Below, in pieces: positions 61,301-64,000 of a DNA stretch of 64,000 nt (position 1 is its first letter; the number at the start of each line of letters is the position of its first letter). Source of the stretch: Squalus acanthias (Eukaryota); contig JASTWF010000418.1 in assembly GCA_030390025.1 (NCBI GenBank), forward strand, positions 310,001-374,000, read 5' to 3'. A model generated the notes under the pieces. It did not search any database, was not told the DNA's origin, and was given only the letters and a program-made list of their open reading frames with translations. A program made the translations under genes and the position numbers.

Positions 61301-64000
61301 TTTACTCTGTATCTAACCCCGTGCTGTACCTGCCCTGGGAGTGTTTGATGGGACAGTGTGGAGGTAGCTTTACTCTGTATCTAACCCGTGCTGTACCTGC
61401 CCTGGGAGTGTTTGATGGGACAGTGTAGAGGGACCTTTACTCTGTATCTAACCCGTGCTGTACCTGTCCTGGGAGTGTTTGATGGGACAGTGTAGAGGGA
61501 GCTTTACTCTGTATCTAACCCTGTGCTGTACCTGCCCTGGGAGTGTTTGATGGGACAGTGTAGTGGGAGCTTTACTCTGTATCTAACCCGTGCTGTACCT
61601 GCCCTGGGAGTGTTTGATCGGACAGTGCAGAGGGAGCGTTGCTCTGTATTTAACCCGTGCTGTACCTGCCCTGGGAGTGTTTGATGGGACAGTGTAGAGG
61701 GAGCTTTACTCTGTATCTAACCCGTGCTGTACCTGCCCTGGGTGTGTTTGATGGGACAGTGTAGAGGGAGCTTCTCTCAGTATGCACCCCGTGCTGTCCC
61801 TGCCCTGGGAGTGTTTGATGGGACAGTGTAGAGGGAGCTTTACTCTGTGTCTAACCCCGTGCTGTACCTGCCCTGGGAGTGTTTGTGGGACAGTGTAGAG
61901 GGAGCTTTACTCTGTATCTAACCCGTGCTGTACTTGCCCTGGGAGTGTTTGATGGGAAAGTGCAGAGGGAGCTTTACTCTGTATCTAACCCCGTGCTGTA
62001 CCTGCCCTGGGAGTGTTTGATGGGACAGTGTAGAGGGAGCTTTACTCTGTATCTAACCCCGTGCTGTACCTGCCCTGGGAGTGTTTGATGGGGACAGTGT
62101 AGAGGGAGCTTTACTCTGTATCTAACCTGTGCTGTACCTGCCCTGGGAGTGTTTGACGGGACAGTGTAGAGGGAGCTTTACTCTGTATCTAACCCGTGCT
62201 GTACCTGCCCTGCGAGTGTTTGATGGGACAGTGTAGAGGGAGCTTTACTCTGTATCTAACCCGTGCTGTACCTGCCCTGGGAGTGTTTGACGGGACAGTG
62301 TAGAGGGAGCTTCTCTCAGTATGCACCCCGTGCTGTAGCTAGCCTCCATCTGAAACAGTTTCTCTCTATCTACCCGATCAAATCCTTTAATTATCTGAAA
62401 TCCCTCGATTAGATCTGCCATTTATTTTCAATACTTAATGGAATACAAGCCTCGTCTGAGCAAACTGTCCTCATAATCTTCACTCCAGTATTAGCGTTAT
62501 AAACTCCCTGCCCCTTCCTCCTCGTTCCTGCGATGTCAGTTTATTTATTAATAATTACTAGTCTTGCCAAACTTCCTGGGTGTATTTCCAAACATTGCTG
62601 ACACATTACCCGTGACTGTTGCAAGTGGAAGTGAAGGGTACAGTGCGAGATATTATTGCAATACTGCAACAGCTGGGGGATGTTAAATATCCTGACACAC
62701 GATTTATTAACTAACAGTCTCTCAAAGAAAGAGTGAAATCCTATTAATAGCGCAGCAGTCCGTACCTCAAGATCTTCGAAAGAAGTTCACAGCCGTTGAA
62801 GTAGTACTGTTAGCCTGAGGGCAACCAGTCTTCACACAGCAAGATCCCACGAGCAGTCAATGAGATGGAGTCCCCAGCTAATTTCCTTCGTACTGTTGAT
62901 CGATCGATGAACTATGGTCGCTAAACACCATGGGGATTTCTCCCTGCTCTTCTCTGATACTGTCCCTGGTTCCTAACACCCAACTCAAGAAGGGGACAGG
63001 GTCACGGTTTAAAGTCTCATCCGAAAGACGGCGACTCCGATAGCGCGACGCTCCCTCAGTACTGCCCCTCTGACAATGCGGCGCTCCCTCAGTACTGCCC
63101 CTCCGACAGTGAAGCGCTCCTTCAGTACTGCCCCTCCGACAGTGTGGTGCTCCCTCAGTACTGCCCCTCCGACAGTGCGGCGCTCCCTCAGAACTGCCCC
63201 TCCGACAGTGCAGCGCTCCCTCAGTACTGCCCGTCCGACAGTGCGGCAATCCCTCAGTACTGCCTCTCCGACAGTGCGGTGCTCCCTCAGTACTGCCCCT
63301 CCGACAGTGCAGCGATCCCTCAGTACTGCCCCTCCAACTGTGCAGCGCTCCCTCAGTACTGCCCCTCTGACAGTGTGGCGCTCCCTCAGTACTGCCCCTC
63401 CGACAGTGCGGCGCTCCCTCAGTACTGCCCCTCCGACAGTGCGGCACTACCTCAGTACTGCCCCTCCAAATGTGCAGCGCCCCCTCAGTACTGAATCTCC
63501 GACAGTACGGCGCTCCCTCAGTATTGCCCCTCCAACAATGCGGCAATTCCTCAGTACTGCCCCTCCGACAGCGCGGCGCTCCCTCAGTACTGCCCCTCTG
63601 ACAGCGCGGCGCTCCCTCAGTACTGCCCCTCCGAAAGTGCAGCGCTCCCTCAGTACTGACCCTCCGACAGTGCGGCGCTCCCACAGTACTGCCCCTCCGA
63701 CAGTGCGGCGCTCCCTCAGTACTGCCCCTCCGACAGTTCGGCGTTCCCTCAGTAATGCCCCTCCGACAGTGCAGCTCTCCCTCAGTACTGCCCCTCCGAC
63801 AGTGCGGCGCTCCCTCAGTACAGCCCCTCCGACAGTGCGGCACTCCCTCAGTAATGCCCCTCCGACAGTGCAGCTCTCCCTCAGTACTGCCCCTCCGACA
63901 GTGCGGCGCTCCCTCAGTACTGCCCCTCCGACAGTGCGGCGCTCCCTCAGTACTGCCCCTCCGACAGTGCGGCGCTCCCTCAGTACTGCTCCCTCCGACA
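49340..64000. repeat. Composite macrosatellite: [~0.7-kb unique/SINE block + 33-bp satellite + 67-bp satellite], dimeric higher-order period ~6.5-6.7 kb
   Basis: Near-identical blocks start at ~49360, 51700, 55845, 58420 and 62330, with partial copies at 53267 and 59821. Confidence 0.93.
49790..50100 (-). mobile_element. Deu-domain SINE remnant (SacSINE1/AmnSINE1-like), repeated in each macrosatellite unit
   Basis: Minus strand cagtactgagggagcg...gccgtctttcggatgagactttaaaccg...gagcagggag and gggatcttgctgtg match the Deu-SINE core and tail as recalled. Confidence 0.6.

Noticed and set aside
46490-62330. CRISPR-like regular repeats
   Set aside because: Head-to-tail tandem units without unique spacers, in a eukaryotic context with no cas genes.
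49907-63843. Repeated HCRRGSTEGAL ORFs
   Set aside because: Translation of the 33-bp SINE-derived satellite, with no exon structure.

Overview
Vertebrate genomic DNA, very repeat-rich. The CR1/L2 LINEs, Deu-domain SINE remnants and dense minisatellites point to a cartilaginous fish such as a shark (inference). One multi-exon gene lies on the minus strand among the repeats (ATG at 37492, stop at 9558). Its exons are a leader, a single pre-joined V-J-type Ig domain with no RSS and no separate D/J segments, seven C1-set Ig constant domains, a transmembrane exon and a short cytoplasmic exon. All introns are GT-AG and phase 1, and the spliced frame is open for about 963-968 aa. The product is a non-rearranging, antigen-receptor-like membrane protein (L-V-C1x7-TM-CYT). 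Its ectodomain grew by repeated duplication of a two-exon (318+321 nt) module, and one of these duplications is very recent (about 98% identical). The rest of the window holds young CR1 copies, a Penelope-like fragment, Harbinger-like non-autonomous elements, solo-LTR-like elements, retroelement-derived minisatellites, an 8-kb 16-bp G-rich satellite just upstream of the promoter, and a macrosatellite of about 6.5-kb period from 49.3 kb to the window end. Most long ORFs in the track are translations of tandem repeats.
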